Part shown: piece by piece, positions 63,192 through 64,000 of the stretch
Layout of the letters: each line of letters opens with the position of its first letter
How positions within the stretch are numbered: the stretch's first letter is position 1
Assembly: GCA_010015805.1 (NCBI GenBank)
Contig: ML978123.1
Coordinates: forward strand, 2,170,001-2,234,000
Source of the DNA: Rhizodiscina lignyota
Lineage: Eukaryota
Direction: 5' to 3'
Length of the DNA stretch: 64,000 bases
Made by a program: the position numbers and the translations under genes
Notes under the pieces: model-generated
Told to the model about the DNA's origin: nothing
Databases searched by the model: none
What the model saw: only the letters and a program-made list of their open reading frames with translations

Positions 63192-63748
63192 ATTGGACAT
63201 ATCAATTGAGAAATTATGGGTTTCGCATCTATCTAGAGGTTAGTCAATCCACTGTGGAGCCCACTGAAGTCGAACTCACATATAGTATTTTGGTGAACAT
63301 CGGATCCTCAATTGAAGAATAGCTAGCTGCTATCTACGATAATGCGGGGAGGATTCCTTTATGTAAGGGATCAGACGGAGTGGACTCCAGGTCCACAGGG
63401 ATAGCTGCAGCTGAAGCTCTGACGTCATAACCCCTTAAAGCATCAAGAAGGGTCCGTTTCGAAGAACGCGAGGCACGCGTCGACTACTCAAACTGAACGA
63501 ATTAGTACGCAGGTGATACAGCATCAGTGACTAAAAAGACATGTCGGGTCCTAAGCAATTCCACACTGTGACATCAGTCTTGCGTACAGGTGCTACTCGA
63601 GTTTTCATCAGAGCGGCAACTACTTAACAGACAGCGGGTATTTGGATTATGACTTGAGAAGCTAACCACTTCCTTCATCAACCTCTCCAATTTACTTACA
63701 ACGAAAGACTCAGTTCACGATCCGGATTCTTTGCCCTTGGACAGCATC

Positions 63749-64000
63749 ATGGCAACATCGCTTCCTGCAAAGTGCCAGGCCGACTTCTGTATTGTTCCAG
63801 TAAGCCTAAAAACCCCATCAACCCCAGGACTATGACCGTACTATCTGCTTCAACTCCACGCTAACTCTGATCTCTAGGTTGGCACCGTATCGCCGTCAAC
63901 ATCCCCGCACCTTGACCGAGTCGAAATACTTTTGAAGCAGAGTGGTTTGGAATACTCCATGCACCAAAGTGGCACTAGAATCGGTTCGTCAGACTGCTGG
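63749..64000 (+). CDS. ECM15: ECM15/UPF0045 (MTH1187/YkoF-like thiamine-binding fold) protein, 5' part only; exons 63749-63799, 63878-63983, continues past the window
   Basis: Not in the ORF track. Intron 63800-63877 (GTAAGC...GCTAAC...TAG) gives MATSLPAKCQADFCIVP|VGTVSPSTSPHLDRVEILLKQSGLEYSMHQSGTRI, matching the ADFCxxPxG...SGLxYxMHxxGT pattern; next donor GTTCGT at 63984. Confidence 0.8.

Overview
Eukaryotic, intron-containing DNA from a filamentous ascomycete (Pezizomycotina; gene content and intron signals suggest a Dothideomycete, which is an inference). About 22 protein-coding genes can be reconstructed by hand-splicing: a PXA/PX sorting-nexin-like gene, a secreted Kex2-site (KR) repeat protein, exonuclease V (EXO5), a hybrid histidine kinase, VTC4, a conserved hypothetical, a CIR-N (LENG1/Cwf25-like) protein, OST1, an 8-Cys small secreted protein, a DUF3431 protein, an orphan, a CDK-activating-kinase-like gene with a GC-AG intron and extra N-terminal helical domain, SYP1, an AT-hook/Zn2Cys6 factor (acr-2-like), a Ser/Thr-rich secreted protein, an O-methyltransferase, THI4, a CCCH protein (LEE1/scp3-like), a tannase/feruloyl esterase, a putative mitochondrial protein and a truncated ECM15-like (thiamine-binding fold) gene absent from the ORF track. 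The best-supported non-coding feature is an intronic TPP riboswitch in the THI4 5' UTR with two alternative donors, uORFs and anti-aptamer sequences. More speculative leads: a 179-codon ORF nested in a 792-nt intron, a hairpin-dense putative spliced ncRNA at about 38.6-39.7 kb, and two disrupted F-box-like genes. No tRNA, rRNA, CRISPR array or recognisable transposon was seen. All family names come from motif recognition, not database searches.
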